Shown one piece after another: positions 48,652 to 59,251 of a stretch of 64,000 bases of DNA. Source of the stretch: Promethearchaeota archaeon (GTDB taxonomy: Archaea > Asgardarchaeota > Lokiarchaeia > Sigyniarchaeales > SOKP01); NCBI GenBank assembly GCA_048939995.1, contig JBHLOY010000002.1, positions 224,001 to 288,000 of the forward strand. The letters are read 5' to 3'. How positions within the stretch are numbered: position 1 is the stretch's first letter; every line of letters starts with the position of its first letter. The notes under the pieces were generated by a model. The model ran no database searches. It worked only from the letters and a program-made list of their open reading frames with translations, and was not told where the DNA came from. Made by a program: the position numbers and the translations under genes.

Positions 48652-50310
48652 ATGGAATCCGAATTATTTACATTTCTGGTTGGTGGGAAAGCAGGGGAAG
48701 GTATAAAAAAAGCTGGCTCAGTAGCAGCACAAATTTTTTCAAAGATGGGACGGCATGTATTTCAAATGGATGATTATATGTCTTTAATACGTGGTGGTCA
48801 TAATTTCTCAGTAGTAAGTACAGATATTATACCACTAACTAGCCAATACCTAAAAGCTCAAGTATCAGTTAATTTTGATATAAGAAGTTATGAAAAACAT
48901 AGGAATGATTTAATGGAAGATGGCATAATGATATATAATTCTGACGAGATTAAGAATGGGAAGGGTATTGGAATTCCTTTTAGTTCAGAAGCAAAAAAGT
49001 ATCCATTAAAGACTCTGATGTTTGGAGTAGGAGCAGTTGCAACATTATCCGCAATAATAGGGGTTGATAAAAAAAGGATGAACGTAATCATAAGAGAGGA
49101 ATATCCAAGAGGCATTGAAGATAATATTGCTTATGCAGAAAAAATCTATGATTTAATCTATCCAGACTGCTATAATAAATTTCAATTACTTAAGGGAGAT
49201 AATAAAAGACCTATAATATCTGGAAATGAAGCAATTAGTTTAGGCGCAGTGGCAGGAGGTTTAGATGCATATTATGCATATCCCATGACTCCCGCTTCCT
49301 CGATTCTTCACTTTCTAGCTAGTCATGCTGAAGATTTTGGTGTAGTAGTAGTTCATCCAGAAAGTGAAATCGCAGTTGTTAATATGGCAATAGGTTCTGC
49401 ATTTACTGGTGCAAAATCAATGGTTGGAACAAGTGGTGGAGGTTTTGCTCTTATGGCAGAAGGAATCTCATTAGCGGGAATTACTGAAACTCCTCTCTTA
49501 ATAGTATTATCAATGAGACCTGGCCCAGCAACTGGAGTTGCAACCTATACAGAACAAGGAGATTTAGGATTTGCGCTAAATGTTGGCCATGGAGAATTTC
49601 TACGAATTATTGCTTCTCCTGGATCGGTTAAAGAGGCATTTTATTTAACTTCTGAAATGTTAGATTTAGTGTGGAAATTCCAAACACCAGGGATCTTATT
49701 AACAGAAAAGCATTTATCTGAAAGTAGTATGACTGTTAATCTTAATGTTCAAAAGGCAAAATGGGTAGAACCTAAAATTCATGAAGGCAAGAATTATTTG
49801 AGATATTTAGATACTGAAGATGGAATCTCCCCGCTATTATTTCCGCCAAATAAGGAGATAATTAAATACAATTCTAATGAACATGATGAGGAGGGAATAT
49901 CAACAGAAGAGCCAGAGATTATTGAAAAAATGCATAATAAAAGAAAAAGGAAGATCAAAGCACTTGAAAATTATTTGAAAAATGTAAATACAGTAAATGT
50001 TTACGGCTCAGAAGAACCGTTTATATTTACTTATGGCTCAACAACAATGAGTGTACTTGAAGCATTGAAGTATGTTAAAGTGAAAGCTACAGTCGTCCAA
50101 CCAATATACTTGAATCCATTACCGGTGTGGATTCTTGATAAATATAAAGAAAAGAAAGCAATTGTTATTGAAATGAGTTCTATAGGTCAATTCTCACAAT
50201 TACTCCAAGAAAAAGTTGGTATTAAATTCCATTCAGAAATTAGAAAATATGATGGACGCCCATTCGATCCAATAGAATTATCAAATAAACTTATGGAGGT
50301 TTTGAAGTAA
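48652..50310 (+). CDS. korA: 2-oxoacid:ferredoxin oxidoreductase alpha subunit (gamma-alpha fusion)
   Basis: GGKAGEGI, IRGGHN, GNEA, YPMTPAS, ESEIA, TSGGGFALM, RPGPATG. Confidence 0.9.
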   Translation: MESELFTFLVGGKAGEGIKKAGSVAAQIFSKMGRHVFQMDDYMSLIRGGHNFSVVSTDIIPLTSQYLKAQVSVNFDIRSYEKHRNDLMEDGIMIYNSDEIKNGKGIGIPFSSEAKKYPLKTLMFGVGAVATLSAIIGVDKKRMNVIIREEYPRGIEDNIAYAEKIYDLIYPDCYNKFQLLKGDNKRPIISGNEAISLGAVAGGLDAYYAYPMTPASSILHFLASHAEDFGVVVVHPESEIAVVNMAIGSAFTGAKSMVGTSGGGFALMAEGISLAGITETPLLIVLSMRPGPATGVATYTEQGDLGFALNVGHGEFLRIIASPGSVKEAFYLTSEMLDLVWKFQTPGILLTEKHLSESSMTVNLNVQKAKWVEPKIHEGKNYLRYLDTEDGISPLLFPPNKEIIKYNSNEHDEEGISTEEPEIIEKMHNKRKRKIKALENYLKNVNTVNVYGSEEPFIFTYGSTTMSVLEALKYVKVKATVVQPIYLNPLPVWILDKYKEKKAIVIEMSSIGQFSQLLQEKVGIKFHSEIRKYDGRPFDPIELSNKLMEVLK

Positions 50311-51149
50311 TGGAAAATCTAAAAACTAATGCTGAGATCACATGGTGCCCAGGTTGCGGAAACTTTGCCATTCTAACTGCAGTTAGAAAAGCTATTTTAC
50401 AAATAGAAGAGAAGGGTTTAAAAAGAGAGAATATTTGTATCTCTTCAGGAATAGGATGTCACGCAAAGATATTCGATTATTTAAATCTAAGTGGAATATA
50501 TTCATTACATGGTAGAGATATTGCTACGGTACAAGGAATGAAGCTGGCAAATCCTGATTTGAAGGTTATAACATTTTCAGGAGATGGGAATGCTTTAGGA
50601 GAAGGACTAGCTCACACTCTGTTCGCAGCAAAAAGAAATCAAGATATGACATTAATTCTCCATAATAATAGTGTATACGCTCTTACTACTGGACAATTCA
50701 CTCCCTTAACCGAACAAGGATGGAAAGGACCCTCTACTCCAAAGGGAAGTATAGAAAAACCATTTAATGCGCTTTCTTTAATAATACAAGCGGGTGGTAC
50801 CTTTGTAGCACGAACTTTCGCTGGAGAAATTAATCATTTAACCGAAATAATGATCCAAGCAATCGAACATAAGGGATTTTCATTCGTTGAAGTTTTGCAA
50901 CCTGCTGTTCCATATCATTCTTGGAATGAATATCGTGATAAAATAGAGTTTCTCGATAAAGAGCCAGAATCTTTTGAAGAAGCGTTATCTATGGTTAATA
51001 AAAAACATGTATATACTCTTGGAATATTTTATAAAACTCAAAAACCAGTATTTCATGAAGAATTGTATGGAGATTATAATCCAGTTGTAAATAAAATAAA
51101 TCAAAAAGAAAGACATAATAAAATTATGGATTTATTAAAATCCATGTAA
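50310..51149 (+). CDS. korB: 2-oxoacid:ferredoxin oxidoreductase beta subunit
   Basis: WCPGCGNF, SGIGC, HGR, GDG...NN TPP motif, TGQFTP. Confidence 0.9.
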   Translation: MENLKTNAEITWCPGCGNFAILTAVRKAILQIEEKGLKRENICISSGIGCHAKIFDYLNLSGIYSLHGRDIATVQGMKLANPDLKVITFSGDGNALGEGLAHTLFAAKRNQDMTLILHNNSVYALTTGQFTPLTEQGWKGPSTPKGSIEKPFNALSLIIQAGGTFVARTFAGEINHLTEIMIQAIEHKGFSFVEVLQPAVPYHSWNEYRDKIEFLDKEPESFEEALSMVNKKHVYTLGIFYKTQKPVFHEELYGDYNPVVNKINQKERHNKIMDLLKSM

Positions 51150-51172
51150 AACTCTTTTTAGATCTTAAAGTA

Positions 51173-52870
51173 TCATATATATACGGAATAAGCAGCAAGT
51201 TTATTTAAAGCATTATAATATACACCTTGTAGATCAGCTGAATGAACATAAATAATTTTTGAATGACAAACGAAACAATGAGGATAGAACCGATTAGCTA
51301 GGTACCACTGAATATTCTTGTAAATGATGTTTCTTGCTACATTATCTGTAGTTCTTATTGCAAGCTCCATCATGATATTTAATTTAGTGTCGTTAACTTG
51401 AGCAAAGTTAGCATAAGATGTGGGATTAAATAGTGGATCGAAAACAATAAAGGGGTCCTTATAATCTGGAAACCAACCCATCCAAAAAAGCCCTAATTCA
51501 TCTTGATCATAAAATAATTTTCTAAGATATGCACTCAATGGAACCCCATCATCTATTACTTGAACTCCTATAACAGAAAGAGAAGATTCCAGAAAATATA
51601 ATAGACCAAAGTTAACAGAACTACTTATATAATAAGTATAGTTAACTGTAAATAAAGTCGCATTTGACCACGTGATATCTAAAGGATCGTTGTTTAAGGG
51701 AAATCCCGAAGCAGCAGGGACATTATCAATTATAGTCTGCCGAGCTATCATTAAATCATAATCTGCAGCACTATTAGAGGCGTTATAGGATGCCCCATAG
51801 CCAGGGGAGATAGGACTATTAGCTCTTATGACTGTTCCTTGCATTAGTTCATTAATAATGTAGCTATAATTGATGGCATAAGATATAGCTTTTCTCCAAT
51901 AACTAGGGATGAGTATATTATTCATTCCAAGATATTGATATAATAATCCAGGAAGACCTATATCATCAGTAAAATGTTTAACAGTAATAGTAGGATCAGC
52001 TTCAAAAAATGGAAGATAAGAACTTGTAAACCCTCGTAACCAATGAATTTCATGATTTAGCATTGCATTATTTCGGATTGTAGGATCAGAAATAGATACC
52101 ATAAATAGTTCATAAAAATAAGCGGATCCTTGCCAATAATTATCAAAACGATCAAACCGCACTTCGAGATTTGGAATAAAATGTCCAAATGAAAAAGGCC
52201 CAGTTCCCACTACTACTCCAGATGGCATAGGGATATAATCATATGAAGGAGTAGAGTTAGGAGATACCATAGCACTAGAAATATGACATAATAAGTCTAA
52301 CAACGGAGCAAAAGGACTATTAAGATAAATAGTAACGTTATAAACTGTTTCAGCATCAATATGGTTTATGATGGGAGTGACTTCATCGGAGAAGTAATAT
52401 AAAGAGGCGGGTTCAGCCACAGTCATGCTACTGGGGAGAGTACCTGTGGCATTTGTTAAATATAATAACCTATCGAGATTCCATTTAGTAGCATTAGCAT
52501 TAAAAGTTGTAGAATCATGGAAAAAAATTCCTTCTCGAAGTTTAATATGAAGTATTGTTGCATTTTGCCACCACCAAGTTTCAGCAAGAAGAGGCATACG
52601 TGGCAAATTAAGATTAGATAGATTATAAGTAAATAAAGTTTCAACTACTTGCTCCAATACATTGCTAGACGATTGATCCCAACAATTAACTGGATCAAGT
52701 GTATAAGGACCAGATGACGTACCAACTACTAAAGAAGTAGGAAGTATGTTAATATATGGTCTAGGTAAATTTATTATATATATCACTAAGTTTCCAATTC
52801 CAGTTATAGCTAAGACTATAATAAGAATGCCTACTGCTATGTGTTTTTTGCCATTTTTTTTATTTCTCAT
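51173..52870 (-). CDS. ABC family-5 substrate-binding protein (array copy 5)
   Basis: TLDP, ETLFTY, VGTGPF, RKAISYAINY. Confidence 0.9.
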   Translation of the reverse strand: MRNKKNGKKHIAVGILIIVLAITGIGNLVIYIINLPRPYINILPTSLVVGTSSGPYTLDPVNCWDQSSSNVLEQVVETLFTYNLSNLNLPRMPLLAETWWWQNATILHIKLREGIFFHDSTTFNANATKWNLDRLLYLTNATGTLPSSMTVAEPASLYYFSDEVTPIINHIDAETVYNVTIYLNSPFAPLLDLLCHISSAMVSPNSTPSYDYIPMPSGVVVGTGPFSFGHFIPNLEVRFDRFDNYWQGSAYFYELFMVSISDPTIRNNAMLNHEIHWLRGFTSSYLPFFEADPTITVKHFTDDIGLPGLLYQYLGMNNILIPSYWRKAISYAINYSYIINELMQGTVIRANSPISPGYGASYNASNSAADYDLMIARQTIIDNVPAASGFPLNNDPLDITWSNATLFTVNYTYYISSSVNFGLLYFLESSLSVIGVQVIDDGVPLSAYLRKLFYDQDELGLFWMGWFPDYKDPFIVFDPLFNPTSYANFAQVNDTKLNIMMELAIRTTDNVARNIIYKNIQWYLANRFYPHCFVCHSKIIYVHSADLQGVYYNALNKLAAYSVYI

Positions 52871-53063
52871 TTCTTAGGAAAAAATATCTTGCAGATTTCA
52901 CAGTATTTTATCCTACTGATACATTTAAACTTTTCATTTAAAATAATAATCTTTCAATAAAATGATTTGAATTTATATTCTGTACGTCTGTTACAGTTTA
53001 TTGATCTATCAACACAATGTTTAAATATATTAATAATCGAATAAGAAGTTAAAAATTTGAGAC

Positions 53064-54749
53064 TTATACCCGATATATCGGATAGGCATAGAACTTACCA
53101 AAAGCATTATAAGGCACACCTCGTAGATCTGCTGAATGAACGTAATATATATTTGAATGGTAGAGAAAGATGTGAGGATATAGTCTATTGGATAAATACC
53201 ATTGAATATTTTTATAGATAATATTTCGAGCTGTATCATCTGTCGTTTCTAGAGCAAGTGTCATCATAACATTTAATTTTGTGTCATTCACTTGAGCAGC
53301 ATTAACTCTTGATATTGGGTTAAACAATGAATCAAGCTCATAAAATGGATCTTTATAATTGCGTATGCTTGGGTATATCAAAAAAAATAGACCTAATTCA
53401 TCGTGATCACTTGATAACTTTCTTAAAAATTCACTCCATGATACTTCATTAGTAATTACTTGTATTCCTATTGCAGGAAGCCAATTATTCAAAACTATTC
53501 CAATTTCCTCATATATTGCAGAACCAACATGGGTATAATTAAATGAAATAAGAGGGTTTGTTAACCAATAAATGTCATTAATATCTGAATTTATTGGGTA
53601 TCCTATAGCGATACCTGCATCAACCAAGGTTTGTCGAGCAGTTATTAAATCAAAATCTGCAGCTGAATTGGATTGATTAAAAGCAGCCCCATAACCTGGA
53701 GAGATTGGACTATTAGCTCTAATATAGGAGTTATTCTGCAGTATTTCTATTATATATGTGTAGTTAATCGCATAAGAAATTGCTTTTCTCCATGTTACAT
53801 TAATTAATTCATTATTCATACCTAGGGAAGCAAAACTAAGATCTGAAATACCATAGGTTTCAGTAAATTTTTCATAATGAATTGTAGGATTTCCTTCAAA
53901 AGTAGGGAACATACCAGTTAGAGCTCCACTTAACCAATCAATTGAATTATTTAACATTGCGTTATTTCGGTTCATATCATCAGAAATGATAGTCATAAAT
54001 AGATTTTCAAAAAAGGCTGGTTCTTTCCAATATGATTCAAAACGTCCCAATCTAATTTCGACATCTGGAACATAAAATTCATAAACAAAAGGACCAGTCC
54101 CCACAATTCTTCCAGATGTAAGATCAATATAATCATCAACTGGAGTAGCATTGGTAGATAACATAGCACCTGCAGTATAACACAATAAATCTAAGAAGGG
54201 GGCAAATGCATTATTAAGATAGATTGTTACATTATATGCATAGTCAGAGACAACGCTGTTTATGATAGGGGTCACTCCATCAGAGAAATAATACAAAGAA
54301 GCGGGTGCTCCTACCTCTATACTACTTGGTAAAGTCCCTGTGCAATTGAATAAATATAACATTCTATCTAAGTTCCATTTAGTAGCATTCGCGTCAAACG
54401 GTGTGAGATCCTGAAACGTAATATCTTCTCTTAGTTTAATGTGAAGTGTTGTTGTATTTTCCCACCAATAACTTTCAGCTAGGTGAGGGACTCGTGGTAA
54501 ACTGTGATCCAAAAGATTGTATGTAAAAAGCGTTTCCACAACTTGTTCAATGACTAAATTAGATGATGAATCAAATGAGTTCACAGGATCAAGCACTTGT
54601 GGTGGTGATGAAAGCCCAACTATAAGGGTTCTAGATACAGGTACTCTAAGCCTTGCGTTTGGTAATCCAATTATAATATTAATAACTCCAAAACTAACCA
54701 TTACAACTGCCAATACAAGAATGGCAATATTTTTCTTTTTATAACCCAT
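53064..54749 (-). CDS. ABC family-5 substrate-binding protein (array copy 4)
   Basis: Same motif set. Confidence 0.9.
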   Translation of the reverse strand: MGYKKKNIAILVLAVVMVSFGVINIIIGLPNARLRVPVSRTLIVGLSSPPQVLDPVNSFDSSSNLVIEQVVETLFTYNLLDHSLPRVPHLAESYWWENTTTLHIKLREDITFQDLTPFDANATKWNLDRMLYLFNCTGTLPSSIEVGAPASLYYFSDGVTPIINSVVSDYAYNVTIYLNNAFAPFLDLLCYTAGAMLSTNATPVDDYIDLTSGRIVGTGPFVYEFYVPDVEIRLGRFESYWKEPAFFENLFMTIISDDMNRNNAMLNNSIDWLSGALTGMFPTFEGNPTIHYEKFTETYGISDLSFASLGMNNELINVTWRKAISYAINYTYIIEILQNNSYIRANSPISPGYGAAFNQSNSAADFDLITARQTLVDAGIAIGYPINSDINDIYWLTNPLISFNYTHVGSAIYEEIGIVLNNWLPAIGIQVITNEVSWSEFLRKLSSDHDELGLFFLIYPSIRNYKDPFYELDSLFNPISRVNAAQVNDTKLNVMMTLALETTDDTARNIIYKNIQWYLSNRLYPHIFLYHSNIYYVHSADLRGVPYNAFGKFYAYPIYRV

Positions 54750-54819
54750 TTAATAATATTTTCTCCTAAGTTAATGTTTTTTAGATTAATTATAGTTAAA
54801 AAAGTATGTTCTATGAAGA

Positions 54820-54834
54820 CATATAAAGTTTTTG
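54820..54834 (-). promoter_or_regulatory. BRE/TATA-like promoter CAAAAACTTTATATG
   Basis: Identical 15-mer at 57213-57227; near matches at 61022-61035 and 52922-52935; all upstream of minus-strand starts. Confidence 0.6.
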
Positions 54835-54894
54835 TCAATTTATCTAACCCAAAAAAATTTAATTATTTCATAAACTGTTCAAGATTTCTAAAGG

Positions 54895-56601
54895 TCAATC
54901 CCTATATGTTGGATATACATATAACTTTCCCATAAAATTGTAAGGAACGTTCCTTATATTAGCTGAATGAACAAATACTATCTTTGGGTGAAATCCAAAG
55001 CAATGTGGGTATAATCTATTAGCCAGATACCATTGAATATTTTTATAGAGGGTATTTCTTGCAGTATTATCTGTTGTTTGGAAAGCAAGATTCATCATAG
55101 TATTTAGTTTTGAGTCATTTACTTGAACAGAATTTAGGTAGGAGATAGGATTAAAGAGTGAATTGAGCATATTAAAGGGTTCAAGAATTTGATTTGATTT
55201 CCAATCAAGCCAAAAAAGCCCTAATTTATTATGATCACCTATGATTCTCCTATTAAATTCACTCTTTGGTAGTTCATCATCTATTAATTGTATCCCTATT
55301 GCTGGAAGCGTAGAATTTAATTGATTACAAATATCATCTCTAAAGGAATTTCCACTATCATAAGTATAGTTAACTATAAATAAAGTGCTTCCTAACCAGG
55401 TGGCATCAATTGGATCAGCATTCACTGGGAACCCGGAAGCTGCAGGGACATTATCGACAATTATTTGGCGAGCAACTTGCAAATCATAATCTGGTGCTGA
55501 GTTGGATGCATTCCATGCTGACCCATATCCAAGAGATATCGGACTATTAGCTCTAACCGCTAAATCCAACATTAAATCTTCAATAATATATGTGTAATTA
55601 ATAGTGTAAGAGATTGCTTTTCTCCAATAAATAGGAATTTCAATTGTATTCATACCGAGGTAATAGTAATCCAAACCAGGAATACCATAGCTATCAGTAA
55701 ATTTCATAGCTGTAATCGTAGGGTCTGCTTCAAATGTGGGAATTAATTCAGGGATAAATCCATCGAGCCAATCAATTTCATGTCCTAACATTGCATTGTT
55801 CCTAGTCGTAGGGTTATTAATGAAAGCTATAATCACATCTGAGAACCAAGGGGCTCCTCCCCAATTATAATCAAAACGAGCTAGACGAACTTCAACATTA
55901 GGAACATAATGCTCAAAAATAAACGGTCCTGTTCCCACAATTGTTCCATATATAAGAGATATATAATTATCTTCTGGAGTTGAGCTTGGAGAAAGTATGG
56001 AACTTGATGGATGACATAATATGTCCAAAAAAGGGGCATAATACCCATTAAGATAAATAGTTACATTATAGGCACCATCAGAATCTACATGATTTATGAT
56101 AGGAGTTTCCCCATCTGGAAAGAAGTATAATGATGCTGACTTTGCTGTATATTTTGTGCCGGGTAGAGTCTCTGTACAATTAGTCAAGTATAACAATCTA
56201 TCAATGTTCCATTTAGTAGCATTTGCATTAAAATCAGTAAAATCATGGAATATAATATTTTCCCGAAGTTTTATATGAAGTGTTGTTGTGTTTTCCCACC
56301 AATAGCTCTCCACTAATTTTGGGATACGTGGTAAAGATTGATTGGAAAAATCGTAAGTAAAGAGTGTTTCAGCTAATTGTTCGATCACAAAATTAGAATT
56401 TCTGTCTGTTGAATTTAATGGATCAAGAGTAGAAGGAGGATTCGGATACCCTATGACGAGAGTCCCTGATGGCTGAGGAAGTGGAAAAGGATAAGTCCTA
56501 GGTTGATTAATTATGATTAAATAACCAAAGAAGGCTATATTTAGAATTATTCCTATGATTATGATACTATTAAGTAATTTATCCTTTTCTTTTCCTCTCA
56601 A
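54895..56601 (-). CDS. ABC family-5 substrate-binding protein (array copy 3)
   Basis: Same motif set; TTG start. Confidence 0.9.
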   Translation of the reverse strand: MRGKEKDKLLNSIIIIGIILNIAFFGYLIIINQPRTYPFPLPQPSGTLVIGYPNPPSTLDPLNSTDRNSNFVIEQLAETLFTYDFSNQSLPRIPKLVESYWWENTTTLHIKLRENIIFHDFTDFNANATKWNIDRLLYLTNCTETLPGTKYTAKSASLYFFPDGETPIINHVDSDGAYNVTIYLNGYYAPFLDILCHPSSSILSPSSTPEDNYISLIYGTIVGTGPFIFEHYVPNVEVRLARFDYNWGGAPWFSDVIIAFINNPTTRNNAMLGHEIDWLDGFIPELIPTFEADPTITAMKFTDSYGIPGLDYYYLGMNTIEIPIYWRKAISYTINYTYIIEDLMLDLAVRANSPISLGYGSAWNASNSAPDYDLQVARQIIVDNVPAASGFPVNADPIDATWLGSTLFIVNYTYDSGNSFRDDICNQLNSTLPAIGIQLIDDELPKSEFNRRIIGDHNKLGLFWLDWKSNQILEPFNMLNSLFNPISYLNSVQVNDSKLNTMMNLAFQTTDNTARNTLYKNIQWYLANRLYPHCFGFHPKIVFVHSANIRNVPYNFMGKLYVYPTYRD

Positions 56602-56634
56602 TATCTATTTTCCTCTAATATAAGAAATTATTTT

Positions 56635-57192
56635 TTAAATAAAATATAATGCTTGAAAAGGAAATATCCACAAGCTGATGCCTATACCTAATATGAAAGT
56701 AGCAAAATTCGCCTCTAATATGCTTAAACCAGTTACTTTTGCAGGGATTGGAGATCGAAAATAACCTCTACTTAAAAATTGTTTAAATATCTTCAATAAT
56801 AATAAGAATTCTAAGATAACTGGAATTAATTCAATTATGAAATAAAAAATAAACGATGTCTGTATAAATGTGATGGCAACCATTTGCGTTAGTGGATAAG
56901 TAAGTAAATTAACGGACACAACTGCCTTACGCAGCTTTGATTTCAATAAATTCTCTGATACAATTGTCTTACGCAATTTTGATCTCTTTGTATTATCATT
57001 TTTTAGAAAATGATAAATAATATTAAACTCTATTACGTAGGTTAAATAAAAGAGTATAGTATAAAGGTGAAATACAGCTCCCGGATGAATTGAATAAACA
57101 GGAATTGGATTTCCCCAAGCGAGAGGAATATTTATTAAGAAGACCCCTAAACAAAGCAAAAAGAGTTGTATAATCCGTTTAATCTTCATCAT
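56635..57192 (-). CDS. Multi-pass membrane protein of unknown function (start revised from 57231 to ATG 57192)
   Basis: Signal-like N-terminus ending AWG/NPIP; IE..., NLLTYP, ANFATF motifs; TATA-like box ~21-28 nt upstream of 57192. Confidence 0.7.
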   Translation of the reverse strand: MMKIKRIIQLFLLCLGVFLINIPLAWGNPIPVYSIHPGAVFHLYTILFYLTYVIEFNIIYHFLKNDNTKRSKLRKTIVSENLLKSKLRKAVVSVNLLTYPLTQMVAITFIQTSFIFYFIIELIPVILEFLLLLKIFKQFLSRGYFRSPIPAKVTGLSILEANFATFILGIGISLWIFPFQALYFI

Positions 57193-57470
57193 AGATCTGT
57201 TTTTTGTGTAACCATATAAAGTTTTTGACATTTAATTCTAAAAATCAAATATGTACCCATATAGAGTGGGGGGTTTATTGAGTCTTTAATTTTGCTACCT
57301 TCTAAGAATATATAGATGATTTTAAACTCTATTAAATAAGTGATATAAAAGAATATTGTATAAAATGTAACCCCTAGAAATCCTAGATAAATTGGATAAA
57401 CTATAGATGATGCAGTTAATGCAATAATTATTCCTACAATAAAAATACATTTCTTATCTTCTTTTAGCAT
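57189..57470 (-). CDS. Short chimeric-looking membrane ORF or pseudogene fragment
   Basis: N-terminus resembles the SBP anchors; middle TIFFYITYLIEFKIIYIFL matches TILFYLTYVIEFNIIYHFL of 56635. Confidence 0.45.
   Translation of the reverse strand: MLKEDKKCIFIVGIIIALTASSIVYPIYLGFLGVTFYTIFFYITYLIEFKIIYIFLEGSKIKDSINPPLYMGTYLIFRIKCQKLYMVTQKTDL
57213..57227 (-). promoter_or_regulatory. BRE/TATA-like promoter, consistent with a leaderless transcript starting near 57192
   Basis: CAAAAACTTTATATG, identical to 54820-54834. Confidence 0.55.
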
Positions 57471-57507
57471 TTGACTATAACATCTTATAATCTAATTGAA
57501 AATTCAC

Positions 57508-59214
57508 TTATACCCTATATACTGGATAGACGTAAACCTTGTTCAAAGCATTATACTGAACCCCATGTAAATCTGCTTTATGAACATAAATCATTTTTGA
57601 ATGATATCCGAAACATTGCGGGAATAGCCGATTAGACAGGTACCATTGGATATTTTTATAAATAGTATTTCTTGCAGTATCATCTGTCGTTTGCAAAGCC
57701 AGATTCAACAAATTATTCAATTTTGTGTCATTCACTTGAACAGAGTTAGCGTATGATGTAGGATTAAATATTAGATCAAGCATATTAAATGGATCCTTAT
57801 AATCTGGAGCCCAACCCACCCAAAAAAGATGAAATTCATCCTGGTCTTCAAATAACTTTCTTAAGAATGCAGCCCAAATGACTCCGTCGTCAATTACTTG
57901 TATACCTATTGCTGGAAGCCAAACTTCCAATGCATCATATATATCTTCTCTGATTGAATTGCCTATATTATAAGTATAATTCAATGAAATAAGAGGGTTA
58001 GTTAACCAATAAGGATCACTAAGATTTGCGTTTATTGGGTATCCTACAGCAATACCCGCATCCACCAAAATCTGTCTAGCGATGATTAAATCATAATCTG
58101 CTGCACCAATAGAAGCGTTATAAGCATCCCCAAAACCGGGTGAGATTGGTGAATTTGCTCTAACTACAAAGTCATTAAGTAATTCTTCTATAATATAAGT
58201 GTAATTAATCGCATAGGATATTGCTTTTCTCCAAGGGAGACTGATGTGTTTATTATTCATACCAAGATATTGATAATCTAATCTCGGGAGACCATAAATA
58301 TCAGTGAATTTCATTACAGTTGCATAATCATATGTTTCAATTGTAGAAATGTCATATGTTAGGAAATTTGTGGGCCAGTCAACATCATAATCTATTATAT
58401 ATGGACATCTCCATGTTGGGTCATAAAAAACGACAATTATTTCTTTGAAAAAAGGTTCTTCTTGCCAATATAGACGAAAAGAATCCAGTCTTAATTCAGC
58501 TACATAACTTTTATAACGAGGTAAGAAATATTTATATATAAAAGGACCAGTTCCCACAATTCTTTCATATTTCGGTTCAATATAAGAATTATCTCGAGTA
58601 GAATAGGGAGATACCATAGCAGAAGATATATGGCATAATAAGTCTAAAAAAGGAGCATAAGAACCATTGAGAAAGATAGTTACGTTGTACTCTCTATTAG
58701 AATCGACATGATTTATGATTGGAGTTACCCCATCAGGCATAAAATATAACGAAGCATATTCACCGAGACTTATGGTGCTTGGAAGTAAGCTCGTACAATT
58801 AGAAAGATATAGTATTCTGTCGAAATTCCATTTCGTTGTATTTGCATTAAAAGCGGTTAGATCATGGAATAAAATGCCTTCTCTAAGTTTTATATGAAGC
58901 GTGGTTGCATTTTCCCACCAATAACTCTCTGCTAAATGTGGAATTCGTGGTAAACTAAGGCTGGAAAGATTATATGTAAAAAGGGTTTCAACTACTTGTT
59001 CTAGAAAAAGTTTCGATGCAAAATCCACAGCATTTAAGGGATCAAGAATGAGGGTAGCTGGGTTAGCACTGAGAACCAATGGTTTGTTAGGAGTAATTTC
59101 TGGTTGAAGTTGCCGAGTAGCAAGTAGTACATTACCTACTCCCGATGCTGCTAATGCAATAGCAAGCCCAACAATAATAATATTTTTTTTTTCAAATATT
59201 CCTACTTTCCGCAA
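57508..59214 (-). CDS. ABC family-5 substrate-binding protein (array copy 2)
   Basis: Same motif set; TTG start. Confidence 0.9.
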   Translation of the reverse strand: MRKVGIFEKKNIIIVGLAIALAASGVGNVLLATRQLQPEITPNKPLVLSANPATLILDPLNAVDFASKLFLEQVVETLFTYNLSSLSLPRIPHLAESYWWENATTLHIKLREGILFHDLTAFNANTTKWNFDRILYLSNCTSLLPSTISLGEYASLYFMPDGVTPIINHVDSNREYNVTIFLNGSYAPFLDLLCHISSAMVSPYSTRDNSYIEPKYERIVGTGPFIYKYFLPRYKSYVAELRLDSFRLYWQEEPFFKEIIVVFYDPTWRCPYIIDYDVDWPTNFLTYDISTIETYDYATVMKFTDIYGLPRLDYQYLGMNNKHISLPWRKAISYAINYTYIIEELLNDFVVRANSPISPGFGDAYNASIGAADYDLIIARQILVDAGIAVGYPINANLSDPYWLTNPLISLNYTYNIGNSIREDIYDALEVWLPAIGIQVIDDGVIWAAFLRKLFEDQDEFHLFWVGWAPDYKDPFNMLDLIFNPTSYANSVQVNDTKLNNLLNLALQTTDDTARNTIYKNIQWYLSNRLFPQCFGYHSKMIYVHKADLHGVQYNALNKVYVYPVYRV

Positions 59215-59251
59215 TTAACTAAGCCTTCTTTTAATCTAATTAAAATTTTTC

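Noticed and set aside
56635-57231. Track start at 57231
   Set aside because: The extra 13 codons span the TATA-like element; ATG 57192 gives a proper signal-like N-terminus
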